In this document: in pieces, positions 1 to 10,967 of the stretch
Numbering within the stretch: the first letter of the stretch is position 1
How the letters are laid out: the number at the start of each line of letters is the position of its first letter
Made by a program: the position numbers and the translations under genes
Source: Eukaryota sp. TZLM1-RC
Taxonomy: Eukaryota; Protista; Metamonada: BaSk clade
Direction of reading: 5' to 3'
Assembly: GCA_040285825.1 (NCBI GenBank)
Contig: JAUPSS010000010.1
Coordinates: 990,881-1,054,880 of the forward strand
DNA length: 64,000 nt
The notes under the pieces: model-generated
Seen by the model: only the letters and a program-made list of their open reading frames with translations
What the model was told of the DNA's origin: nothing
Database searches by the model: none

Positions 1-1170
1 ATGATGTGTTTTGATATAAAAAACTCATCAAATTTACCAGTATAAGACTGTGTTTTAGTTCCAATTTTAATCATATATTTCGATCTACAAATCCTCTCGT
101 CACTAGACCTTTGGCTCAGAAATTTAATGAGATGTAAAATGTTTCAAATTCCAGATCATGCTTATCTTAGTCCACATTATGGTGGTTTAGGGTGGACGAA
201 GGCTTCTATTCTTACCTCGTGTGCTTTTGTTGGTGGATGCAGAAATGTAATCTTTGAGTTTCCGAAAGATTTGCAGATTGGGAAGATTTATTGATGACAA
301 CGCAAAGTTCCGCTGTTTTTGCATTAAATGAAGAAATTTCAAAAATTGATGTAGAAAAATGGGGTCGATGTTTTCCCCAATCATTCAATGGCAATATTCC
401 AGAAAAAAATGTTTGAAATTTGAAGTACACTCTTCGAACATTACAGAAAAAGATTGACTGGAATGTATGAAAAAGATCTTTATAATAATATTTGCAGCTC
501 GGATCTTTTAAATCAAGATCTTCACTCATTGTTATTGGAAAAGGGTGTTTGTGAAAACAAGGCGTCAGATTCTTCACTTTTTTGTAACCATTGTACCACG
601 AAGATTTGGATTGTGTGCCACTAATGAAGCATTTGTAACAAAAATGAGATTATGTTTGAACAAACACCCTTGGAATATTATTCAATATAAAAAAAGCTGC
701 AATTTTAATTCTGAAGCTATTGTTGACTTTTTCTCATGTAATGTTGCAAACGATACTTTGGTTCACAGAAGAAAACTTAATCCTGTGGCTGCTCTGGATT
801 TTAAAGCAAAAGAAAAACATAGAAAATATGATAAAGAAATTGAAGATGCAAATATCGATAGAAATACACAGCTGGTTTTTATTGCTTTCCCATTTTCGAT
901 AAATGGAAGATTATCAGTTGAAGCAGAAACTTTTTTGGATGACTTCCAAAAAATGGTGAAAGAAAAAACAATGAAAAGATTTGATATTTTTTTATGGCGT
1001 TCACGGATTCAATTTGCCATTATTAATAGATTACCGCGGTTTTTCAATCGAATTAGAGAAGCTTTAGCTAGACAGCAAGCAGATCAAGATTTTGTAGAGG
1101 AAATTTTGGTTTAATGATAGTCGTCCCATTAGTTATGAGTTAATTTAATTAAGTGTGCAAATTCAATAAA
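1..1170 (+). mobile_element. Non-LTR retrotransposon family R1, 3' fragment with internal deletions (REL endonuclease end)
   Basis: Near-identical to the reverse complement of ~16395-17790. The ORF 545..1114 C-terminus (VHRRKLNPVAALDF...DFVEEILV) and the 3' UTR are shared. Confidence 0.9.
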
Positions 1171-2103
1171 TACATATTAATTTTGAGTGAATTTCATTTC
1201 AATTCCAATTTGATTCAAAACTGCAGTAGATAATGTTACGTTAAAATATATTGCAACAGCAATGGAAGACATTTGTGTACGTGGATTAACAAGGAAGGGA
1301 GAGGGTGTAGCGTTCGATGAAGATGACATTGTAGAATAATTGAATTGCGGAAGAGTGGGGTGCTTGTACTACAATTGCAATTGTTAGATCAGCTTGTTTT
1401 AAAAGCCGGTGGCATTGATAAGTGAAATCTCGTTCTACAAATCGTGTCAATGCAAGCTCTTTTTTTCCCAGAAACCTTGTTCAATGTTTGTTTTTCAGGT
1501 ATTAAAACACACTAGATGCAATAAAACTATTTTATCTAAATTTGGTTCTCACATGTTTGTACATTGTGGCTACGTTCATAAGGTCAGCAATACAGACCAT
1601 GGCTAGATGGAAGTATACCTCTGCTTGGCTATTTTTAGTTAAGAAGAGTCTCATTATGCAGATTATCAATTTTAACAATACAATAATTCTACACAAAATA
1701 TATATACCAGCCCTAGCAAAACAGTTTGAATCCATGATGTTAAATAAGAAATATTGTTTCTATTTCCTTAACTGTTCAATGAATGTGTTGTATAATGCTT
1801 CTGACAAATGATAAAAACACTAGATGAAAAACAGAATAATAATATTAATTGAATTTTTTATTGCTAATTTATTAATGACAATAGTTAATTAATAATAATA
1901 ATAACTGTGTTTTTATTTTTACATGAATCAAAGATGAATTTGATGTAATTGTATAGAAAATTTCGATCATTGATGCTCCTACATTATCACCATTGAACTG
2001 TTCCTTTGTCATTTTGCTTAAACGGGGTTTCTGTATGTGCTGTTTTTCACAGTGCAATCTTCACTTTCTCAAAAAAGTATTTATTCACACAATGATACAA
2101 AAC

Positions 2104-2796
2104 TTACTTTTGTTTAGAAAAGTATTCTTGGGGCTTGGAGGGATCAATATCGGGGGCTCCTTCGTCAAAGTTAGCGGGGCAAACAGTGCCGTGTTTCTTG
2201 GAATGTTGGAAAGCCTTGAGGAGACGAAGAGACTCATTAGGAGAACGGCCAACAGAAAGATCGTTGGTAGTTTCGTGTCTGACAATGCCTTCGTCATCAA
2301 TCATGACAAGAGTTCTCAACAGAACACCCTCATTGGGGACAAGGCAACGGTATTTGCGACCCCAGTCATGATTAACATCAGCAAGCATAGGAAGTTTGAA
2401 ATCTTCACCAAGACCACCTTGGCTACGTGGCTGCATACACCAGTTCATGTGACAGAAATGGGAATCAGTGGAGATACCCAATACAGCACAGTTGTTCTTT
2501 TCAAACTCAGCAAGCATGTCATTGTAGGCAAGCAGTTCAGTAGGGCAAACAAAAGTGAAATCAAGAGGATAAGCAACTATGATGACCCACTTTCCCTTAA
2601 AATCGGCAAGGGAAATCTCCTTGAAGTTGTGTTGATGGTAGGCCTGGAGCTTGAAATCGGGAGCTGTGGTCAGAATCGATGTGCTTCACTTACCCTTGTT
2701 TCCAACAAGAGGAACAACAGCGGAGTTACAGACTGCTTGAACAGGAGCTTCACAGCAGCATTGACAGCATTGAGATTGAGAGCTACAGCAGGACAT
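2104..2796 (-). CDS. Typical 2-Cys peroxiredoxin with Cys-rich N-terminal extension; 2 exons (2796-2694, 2663-2104)
   Basis: Splicing gives MSCCSSQSQCCQCCCEAP...APDF...YPLDFTFVCPTE...GTVCPANF, with both peroxidatic and resolving Cys motifs. The ORF track shows only the 3' part. Confidence 0.93.
2664..2693 (-). other. 30-nt GT-AG spliceosomal intron
   Basis: GTAAGT...CTGAC-CACAG. It contains an in-frame TGA, and removal restores VGNKAPDF. The paralog at 51243-51272 has an intron at the same position. Confidence 0.9.
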
Positions 2797-3644
2797 GAGA
2801 AATGGACAACAAATTACGACTAACAAATTAGCTTTATAAACGGAAACTTCCTTTTGAAAGGGTCATAAAAGTGATGAGTCAGCAACACGTGATCACACAG
2901 AAATCAATGGCTTAAATTGACATCAAATCAACATCGATCTGTAACTCTATTTAGCAACAATTAAATATGTAACACAAATTGATGGGATTATATTTCTTCC
3001 CGTCTTTGGCGCTCATTACATCAAGATTATTGATTTAGGGGGGAATAATCACCGACTTTACAATGCTGATGTCATCATAACATAATCCTTTATAAGAGAA
3101 GGTCAACATTTGGTATCACAAATATTGTGAATTCCAAAAACAGACACAATTATTATTGTTGTGTTAAATAGAAAAGCCAAAGTGCCCTTCATATTCAACA
3201 ATAATATTGTTTCCAAGGAATTGACTCAGTTTTACGGTGCGCTTCCTTTCTTCATTTTCCCAACACACCAACAGAATCGGTTATTTGCCTGATGAAAGAT
3301 TCCAGAAAAAGTCATGTACACACCAACACGTGCCATCTAAATACATACCAAGATTGTTACTATGTTTGACCTCCCAGGATATTGATTCGATGATTGGCTC
3401 AGTGGGATAATTCTCATAAACATATTCACTGACTTCAATTGCTAATCTCCAACAAATGGAGATTAAAGGATCCACTTTTCATTTGGATGTGTCAAAATTT
3501 GGTAATAAATTTGGTATAACACTATCATTTATGCTTGTTGTAATGTCTTCGCCTCATCGTATAAAGAAATTTATTTATGAATTAATTAAAGAGATTTTGA
3601 ATAGATATAATTATATTTAATTTATTGAGACTTATTTTACCAAT

Positions 3645-3790
3645 TTCCATTCAGATGATTTACAAATGCAAAACTGTTGTAATTTTTAACCAAACTCCTT
3701 CTCTTTGGCCATCAACAAACCTACATCTGACAAAAACGGCGTAAAAACTTTTGGCTTTTTCTATCAATGGACCATTAGTGAAGTTGATGC
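3645..3790 (-). pseudogene. 3' fragment of a paralog of the 48692..49390 gene
   Basis: FTNGPLIEKAKSFYAVFVRCRFVDGQREGVWLK matches FTNGPLVEKVKSYHAVLVRCRLVDGQREGVWLK; frameshifted afterwards. Confidence 0.8.
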
Positions 3791-4011
3791 CGTTTCCTTT
3801 GAAGTATTTCCCCCGATTTTTATTACTGTAGATTGATCTTTTAAATAAACATATGCTTCCTCCTGAAGTAGATAATTTGTGGAAAATTCTGCACAACTTT
3901 AGACTCTGCATTCAACAGTTTAAATGATAATTGAAATCTTGCGAAGAGTGCTACTATATAGGGAGAAGAAATCAACTACATACAAAAAATTTATCAAAAA
4001 TATACAAAAAC

Positions 4012-5136
4012 CTACTGATTAAACATCGCAATTCTATCTTGCAAAGACATTGAGCTCTTTCCATTGCTTTGGCGTGACCTTTGAGGCAGTGGTGGTGCAG
4101 GAAGCTCTTCATTTCGTTGATCAGTTTTCTTTGCAAAAATCTCCACGTCATTTGCAGGCAAAACTGCTACTCTTTCTTGTTGCACATGAGAAGGAGATTG
4201 TTGTGAATACGTTTGATGTTGAGATGTCACTCTTTCTGATTCGCGACTGACACTGGGAACTGGCGGTGGTGGGGGTGGTGTGTATGATGTCCTCTGTGCG
4301 GTCTGATTAGCGGGTGCGGTTGGCTGCGGTTGGGAAGGAGGTGAATGTTGTGTGGGTAGCTCTACCTGTTTCTCTTCTTCGTGGCGAGGTTCAGGTTTAG
4401 CAGCAGCATGGTGAGATGTGCTACTGACGGGAGCACGGTTACGACTACCCAGTATCGAGGCCCCTTGAGTATAAAACTTTCCCAGAAACTCTAACAGATT
4501 TTTCAAAGTGGCATCTATATTATCCTCATAAGTATCAAACAGTAGATTCAGTTGCTTAATTCCCTCTTCTCTTGTCTCTTTTTGCATTGCATCCTTCTGA
4601 TTCATATCTATCTCTGCCAAGTATCGCTTATCTGCCACTTCATGGCCTTGTGACTCAAGTTTAGAATGTTTTGCTCGAGCTTTATCAAATGCAAATACAG
4701 CATCTTTGTGTCTTTCAACTGCAGCACCTACAATAAGTACTTGTGCAGTTAAATCTTGGAGAGGTTTGATAACGTTTAAATTATTTAAATCGCAATTTTC
4801 ATCAACCATAGAAAACAAATCTGAAAATGATTGTTGAAGACGTTCGCTGAATGCTTCATAGCGGGGAACTTCTAGATCAGCAGAAATCCGTTGAAAACAG
4901 TCTGTGAATGAAGAGGTGGTGTTTGAGAGAGAAAGGTAGGTGGAAATCATTTTGGAAAGATCGTCCTCGAGGTCATCCACACTATCTTTGACAGTTTGGT
5001 AACGTCGGACAAGGTCGCAGAACTCAGGATCGTCAGATTTTTCAACGTCGAAGAGGCGTTTCTCGACATAACGCTTACCTGATTTGAGGCCTTTTTCAAC
5101 CTTATTGGTGACTGAGCGAAGTTTATTTTGCCACAT
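4012..5136 (-). CDS. BAR-domain (amphiphysin/Bin-like) protein with proline-rich C-terminus
   Basis: 374-aa ORF with an N-terminal helical BAR-like region (EKSDDPEF...AFDKARAK) and a PxxP-rich tail. Confidence 0.7.
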   Translation of the reverse strand: MWQNKLRSVTNKVEKGLKSGKRYVEKRLFDVEKSDDPEFCDLVRRYQTVKDSVDDLEDDLSKMISTYLSLSNTTSSFTDCFQRISADLEVPRYEAFSERLQQSFSDLFSMVDENCDLNNLNVIKPLQDLTAQVLIVGAAVERHKDAVFAFDKARAKHSKLESQGHEVADKRYLAEIDMNQKDAMQKETREEGIKQLNLLFDTYEDNIDATLKNLLEFLGKFYTQGASILGSRNRAPVSSTSHHAAAKPEPRHEEEKQVELPTQHSPPSQPQPTAPANQTAQRTSYTPPPPPPVPSVSRESERVTSQHQTYSQQSPSHVQQERVAVLPANDVEIFAKKTDQRNEELPAPPLPQRSRQSNGKSSMSLQDRIAMFNQ

Positions 5137-5262
5137 ATATGTTTATAGAGGTGGTGAAGTTTGATTCAAATCAACTGGTAATTTTACTGTGGTTGAATTT
5201 TAGGTTGAATACAAATCCCTTTTTCCCCTAATCCCTCCCTAATCCCTTTTTTGTGTTTCTGA

Positions 5263-6231
5263 AAATTTCCACTTATTGAAGGATCATCTTCCAAAACAAA
5301 GTTTATCAGAAATACATGTCTGAAACGAGTATTCAAACAATGTCCTTACCAAAAATTCAATATCAACAGAAAAAGTTTGAAAAATAGATTTAACAAAATT
5401 TTATTGAAAACTAATGGTAATGAACTGCTTTTGACCTTTGAAGGTAAAAATAATGACTCAGAAAACACAGATGAGCTGGATGAACCACCGAAAAAGAAAA
5501 GAAGATCAAAAAATGAAATGAAAAGTGACCCTAATGCCAACAAAACCAGAGAAACACAGTTGAAGGGTACTAAAAAAATGCCCCGTCGAAGACGTAGACA
5601 TCCAGTCGAAATTTTACCTGAAAGCCCCCTTATCGGCGTTGATCTTGGCCAATCAAGATTATGTGGTTACTTCTTAAATGATAATCAATGTGGAGTTATC
5701 CCTTGTCCAACTGGCAGAAGATACATGACAAAACCTTCACCCAGTAAACACTCTCCCAACCAATATTTGAACCATTGGAATTTGGTCAGGAGGAAAGTGT
5801 ATTTGGAAAGTAATCGCCAGAAATGGAAAATAATTAAATTTGATAACCGCAGACGAAAAGAGAGACGGTTCAGAGAGAGTCTCAACAAATTTCAAAGGCT
5901 GGCTGGACATCCTGAAAAACTCTACCTTGCTGTGGGTTCTGCTAATTTCCCTTCTCATTGCCGAAAACTCAATCGATATGGATCAGCAAGGGCTTTCAGA
6001 AAATGGTTGTGTTATCAAAAGGACGTGAAGCACTTGTCAACCAGTGAATTTAATACAAGCAAAATGTCAAGTTGTTGCATGGCCGAGAATATTCAAGCAG
6101 GCTCATGGCAGATGCGTATTTATACTGAGTGTCAAATAGTATATGACAGAGATATTTCCGCTGCAAAAAATATTCTAATTAAGAAGAAAGCGGAATTGTG
6201 GCCGGATACATTTGCCCAGATGCTCTGTTGA
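5263..6231 (+). mobile_element. Fanzor/TnpB-like nuclease family FzA, 5'-truncated reading frame
   Basis: RuvC-I IGVDLG, LAVGSA (Gly at the canonical Glu site), RuvC-II SEFNTSK, Zn-finger remnant SSCC..YTEC, RuvC-III DRDISAAKNI, NLS-like PPKKKRR. The frame opens after the stop at 5260-5262, so REC/WED regions appear to be missing. Confidence 0.85.
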
Positions 6232-6254
6232 GAAGATGAATGGGGAACCTGAGC

Positions 6255-6510
6255 ATACAGAAACAAAAACTTTTGAGACCGATCTACAAATGCCCTAGTA
6301 GCATTTGGTAGATCCACTTAGATAAATCAAGTCGCGAGGCTTTGTTCTGTGAAAGCAGTAGGTGTATTTAAGTGAGGTAGCCCATTGATGAAGATCATGA
6401 TTGTCTTTGTCAAATGATGCTACAGGTCGCTTACAGCCTGTGAGTAGACACTGAGGGAGTTGAAAACAGGAGTGAATTTCACAGGGGAATGCATGACAAG
6501 TGAAATTCAC
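6255..6510 (+). ncRNA. Putative omegaRNA scaffold of FzA
   Basis: Three consecutive stem-loop domains directly 3' of the Fanzor stop, several with G-U pairs (see finding). Confidence 0.6.
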
Positions 6511-6521
6511 AGTATACATGC

Positions 6522-6862
6522 GAAATTCCCATAAGTACACAATCTATTTTCAAATAATTTGGAATAATTACAAAAAATATCTACTGCACAGATACTGAGG
6601 TCTTTCATTACCACTACCACTCATTCTAGCTTCAGCAATTGCAAACATATTCAGACATGCCAGCTTATTTCGATTGAAAAGCTTTGTTGAGCCGTTGTTA
6701 CTGAGTTTGCAACTCTGACAATTACAAGCTAATAAACCATGACATGTAGTAACAGGAGTGTTTTCTCTTCTATAGAATCTGGGATTTGTTACTTTCAAAA
6801 ACGTAGCAACCTTTTCAAAACAAACAGGACATTTAGCTGAAGTGAAAGCTTCATTAATCATC
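6522..6862 (-). mobile_element. Fanzor family FzB, 3'-terminal fragment including right end
   Basis: MINEAFTSAKCPVC...CHGLLAC...NRNKLACLNM matches 10636-10917. Homology continues past the stop to GGAATTTC. Confidence 0.88.
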
Positions 6863-7119
6863 AAAATAAAAATAATCATCAAAAAGATGCTTACTTTGAT
6901 TTTCCTACAACTGTTGCTCCTACAATGATAAGGAGCAAAATATTTAATGAAACCAAAAGAACTCAAAATATATCAACAATAGTTTTGGAAAAAAATATAC
7001 AGGTCATAGAGACAGGTCACTAATGACGTAACAACACAGCAATCAGCTCATGTGCATTGAAATCAAGTGACACTGTTCACATGAAAAACAAGTTTTGTCA
7101 ATATTGGCCAAAAATGCAG

Positions 7120-7193
7120 CTCCCGCGGTGGGACTTGAACCCACAATCCTTCGATTAAGAGTCGAATGCGTTAACCGATTGCGCCACGCGGGA
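7120..7193 (-). tRNA. tRNA-Lys(CTT)
   Basis: Cloverleaf: TCCCGCG/CGCGGGA acceptor, TTCGA-CTCTTAA-TCGAA anticodon arm, GTGGG-TTCAAGT-CCCAC T arm; TTTTT terminator downstream. Confidence 0.95.
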
Positions 7194-7451
7194 CTTAGCT
7201 GATAGATGCTGGGAGTATCCAGCCATTTGATGAACAATTACATTCACACATATTCAGATGATTTGAATCCATTTTTATCAATTCTTGAAAACATAAATAT
7301 CAAACATCCACACACAATAGAAATAACCACCTGAATTGTTAATGCTACTCTTTCTGTGTATTTAATTGTTCAGTTTGATATTCAATTTAGGCAATAACTA
7401 CATTGATTTTCTTCCAAAAAAATTTGTACAATGTTTACTTACAAAAAGATA

Positions 7452-7904
7452 TTATTCCAAGCACCTTGCAACCTGATTGGCGACATCCTGACTATCGAAA
7501 TAACCGATCATCTTAAGAACTTTGTAGTTCACAGAGATTTCAAACACATCAATTCCATCAAATTCGACAACACAACCGTTGTCAAAAGCACCGAAAAATG
7601 TCCAGGGGATTGCAGCGCCATCGTGTGAGATGTGGAGTCGTGACATTTGAGGAGAAAGCTTGTTGGCAACAAAAGGACGTCCTTGCTTACAAAGGTTAAA
7701 CAGCTCGGTCTTGGTACGGACAACGTCAGCTCCCTTGGGATCTTCAACCCAGATTTGGTTTTCGAAAATGGACACTAAACGTTCACAATCATTATCATTG
7801 TTAGCATCAAAGAATGTTTGCACGAGAGATTCTACCTTTTGACGATCAGGAGCCGCAATGGAGAGGCTAACAAAAACAGCAAGTACAACAATCAGCTTAA
7901 TCAT
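7452..7904 (-). CDS. Secreted SnoaL/NTF2-like (ketosteroid isomerase-like fold) protein
   Basis: Signal peptide; FFDANNDND..LVSIF, VEDPKG and GIDVFEI...KVLKMIGYFD patterns are typical of SnoaL-like domains. Confidence 0.75.
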   Translation of the reverse strand: MIKLIVVLAVFVSLSIAAPDRQKVESLVQTFFDANNDNDCERLVSIFENQIWVEDPKGADVVRTKTELFNLCKQGRPFVANKLSPQMSRLHISHDGAAIPWTFFGAFDNGCVVEFDGIDVFEISVNYKVLKMIGYFDSQDVANQVARCLE

Positions 7905-8041
7905 AATGAATCAAAAATGGCTAATTTTTTTGATTTTCTTGATTTTACTTCCAAAAACAACGCACAAGCCAGCACCAGGAAGTTTTGTTGATATTTCGTT
8001 TTTGAAGTTTCGTTAAACTAGACTTTTTGACAGAAGGAGTA

Positions 8042-8446
8042 TCATGTTGGGTATTCTTCTTGAAACACTAAGAGGGATTCAATCTCCAATTCTGTGAAAG
8101 AGGTACCTTTAACACCAGTTAAAACAATGCAATCCATGATGACTTCATTAATTGCAACTGGGGAGTGTTCAGCCATTTGATGAACAATATCAGTCACACA
8201 TATTGAGTGCATTTCAATCCATATTATATTATCATTTAAACCTGAATTTTTGAGTTTCTGAAGTTTTTCTGTAAATAAACCGAGTAAAGAAGAATTTTTC
8301 TCAATATGATTGCAAGTAAGAAAGCATGTAAAGTTTGTGGCATCTTCTGGAAAAGAAAATTTCATTATTCTATCCCCAATGTCGTTCAAAGAAGATAACC
8401 TTATCTCCTCTTCCCTCCGCTCTATAATGCTCTCTCTTTCTTTCAA
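8042..8446 (-). CDS. Hypothetical protein, divergent from FzB; possibly non-functional
   Basis: 134-codon ORF with a non-ATG start and no recognisable motif. Confidence 0.25.
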   Translation of the reverse strand: MKERESIIERREEEIRLSSLNDIGDRIMKFSFPEDATNFTCFLTCNHIEKNSSLLGLFTEKLQKLKNSGLNDNIIWIEMHSICVTDIVHQMAEHSPVAINEVIMDCIVLTGVKGTSFTELEIESLLVFQEEYPT

Positions 8447-8496
8447 GTCTGAACAGTCTGAAACTATTGCTGAGCACTGTCATCTCAACTTTACCT

Positions 8497-10967
8497 ATGG
8501 CTGCGTTTTTGAATCAGGTGTTATCCGCAAAGAAGAAAATCAAACTTCATCAACAATTCATCAATATTTTACCTGTTGATTGTTTAGCTACTACTCCACT
8601 GAGACAAACTTTAATTCAATATGGGCTTCAAGATTGTTCACTATGTCTGAAACTTTTCGTGTTGTTTCAGAAAGATAAGTTTGTTTTACCATCTTATAAA
8701 ACCATTCGTGCCACCGTCAACTCAATGGTTAAACATTCAAATGTTATACTCAAAATGAAAGAAATTGCTTCAAAATTTCAACAGTTACGAATTCATACTA
8801 CTTGTTGCTTAAAGCTGTATTTACAATCCCGATTTGAACGTAATTTGCCACTACCACGAATTTCTGCCAAACTATATGAATCATTAATGGCCAGAATTCG
8901 TTACATTTCAGATAATTTTTATGAGCAACAAATGGTAAAGCCTAAAAGTGAAATTCCACAGGATTTGGAAGATTTTGTTTATGGTGAAGGAGATTATAAT
9001 TTATCAACTGCCTTTGAACAACAAAAGTTAAACAAAACTTTAAGTTATCTTGATCACTTGAGACACAGGCCTGAATACTTCCCACGATTTCCAACAGATG
9101 GATTCAGTCGACCACCTGAGTATATGGCCCCAGTTATGTTTGCAAATTTTGAGAATAATTTGAACTTAAATTATGAGAAACATATTAATCGCTTTATTAA
9201 TGTGTATTTTGATAAAACAGGTGTGGAAAATGAGTTATCGGAAATGCACAAGCTGGGTGGATACTCAACACCATTATCTACAATTATTTCATTATATAGA
9301 TTTAGGCTTCGACAATTTAAAAATATGTTTTTAGTTGACGATAGAGATTATTTGAGTGCTTTGTTTCGCCATCCTGAAATTATCTCAGATCATTTGGATG
9401 ATGAATTTTTCGATTTATGTGAACAACATGATGTAAGAAATAATGAACTAAGAGACATATTTGAAGGTCTTATTGCGCCTTTTACTTGCCAAATTGAGAA
9501 TTTGGTAACTGACGAGAATTTAGTTGATAATATATTTCCAGTGGATATTCATTTTCTTGCAGACGCTGTTGAAAAAGATCCTCAAATATTCCTAAAACCA
9601 GCAATTACAATTGTCCAATATATCTCCAGTAGAGAGGGAAAACCTTATCATATTTCTCTTGTTTCAACCACTGTAGGCCCTGGATATTTTCCCATTGATA
9701 CAAGAACACTATGGAGAATTGTTAAACAAACATTGATGGACGATTTATCATCTACACAGACGCTGAAAATGTCCAATACATTAGCCCAAATTACGAAACT
9801 CAAACCACCTGAACAATTTGACTTTTGGTCTAATATTCTCGATTTAAATCAACCAATGTTCAAACAGAAGAGCTATAAATTCAACAACATTATACACACA
9901 GATGGATTTAATATTGCAGTAGAATTTGTTCGTCGGGATTTACAAGGTCAGAAATGTAAGCCAGACAACAAGGCTAGTATTTCTGATTTATATATTCATG
10001 ATGTTGATGTTGATGCTTTTCAAGACAAACGAATTGTTGTTTGTGATCCTGGAAAACGTGATTTATTGTATTTTGGCAGCAAAAAGACTGATGAAGAACT
10101 AGCCATGGTGCCTGAACATGAAACTGAATAGCAAAGAAATAGTCGGGTGATGAATCAAGACAAGAAGTACAAATGGTTGAGAATGACTCAGATGTCCTGG
10201 TCTTTGAAAAGTAGGATGAATGAAAAACAGAAACGATGGGCGACAAAGTATACTGAGGTAGGTTACGACAGGAACCAAATGATAGAGTCTAACGAAGTGA
10301 CATTTGAAGATGCAAACACCGAATTATCCGCATTTGCTGCCAATTCAGCAACTTTTATAGATTTTTCAACTTTGTGGTTGCCAAACTTCGGCAAGTTTTT
10401 TTGACAATTGACTTTTATAGTCTTGACTTGTGGAGCATTCATAAAATGCAAGTTTTTATTCACAAGCAAAAGACTGAAAGTTGGTTGTTAAAAAGCCTTG
10501 TTCAGCAGTTTGGCAATCCGAAAGACACTTTAATACTAATGGGTGATTATGGTAAAAAAGGTTCCAAGAATTTGAAACATCAAAAACCGAGGTATTGGAT
10601 GGATTCAATTTCTGAAAAGAAATGGTTTTGAAGTATTGATGATTAATGAAGCTTTCACTTCAGCAAAATGTCCTGTTTGTTTTGAAAAGGTTGCTACGTT
10701 ATTGAGAGTAACAAATCCCAGAGTGTATAGAACAGAAAAGACTCCTGTTACTACATGTCATGGTTTATTAGCGTGCAACAGTGACAGTTGCAAACTCAGT
10801 AACCAAGGCTCAACAAAGCTTTTCAATAGAAATAAGCTGGCTTGTTTGAATATGTTTGCAATTGCAGAAGCCAGAATGAGTGGCAATGAAAGGCCTCAGT
10901 ATCTGTGTAGTAGATAGTTTTTGTAATTATTCCACACGAAAATTGATCGTGTATTTATGGGAATTTC
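8497..10967 (+). mobile_element. Fanzor family FzB, near full-length (~800 aa) disrupted ORF (8497-10917) plus right end
   Basis: IHTDG, RuvC-I VVCDPGKRDLL, LILMGDYG, RuvC-II INEAFTSAKCPVC, CHGLLAC...C, RuvC-III NRNKLACLNM. Broken by TAG at 10129-10131 (CAG in the 53-kb copy) and frameshifts near 10370 and 10590. Confidence 0.9.

Noticed and set aside
1993-2823. Long antisense ORFs over both peroxiredoxins (also 51062..51844)
   Set aside because: They are shadow frames of a codon-biased gene with no recognisable protein, and they are shared only because the gene is duplicated.
3180-3480. Possible decayed ORFs here and at 33000-33300, 36320-36870 and 49590-49810
   Set aside because: They are short and stop-interrupted, with no motif or second copy to support a call.
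1-3900. Possible large inverted segmental duplication with 48700-51900
   Set aside because: The shared parts (Prx, hypothetical gene fragment, R1) are in a different order and the spacers do not align, so they are better explained as separate duplications and insertions.
7900-8500. Terminal inverted repeat or transposase for FzB
   Set aside because: There is no inverted match to the GGAATTTC right end upstream of the ORF, and the 8042..8446 ORF lacks transposase or recombinase motifs.
10129-10131. TAG (and TAA at 58515) aligning with Gln codons, suggesting a TAR=Gln genetic code
   Set aside because: Host genes end at TAA/TAG at their expected C-termini (Prx, OLA1, NlpC/P60), and long ORFs have no in-frame TAR. 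These are C->T mutations in decaying elements.
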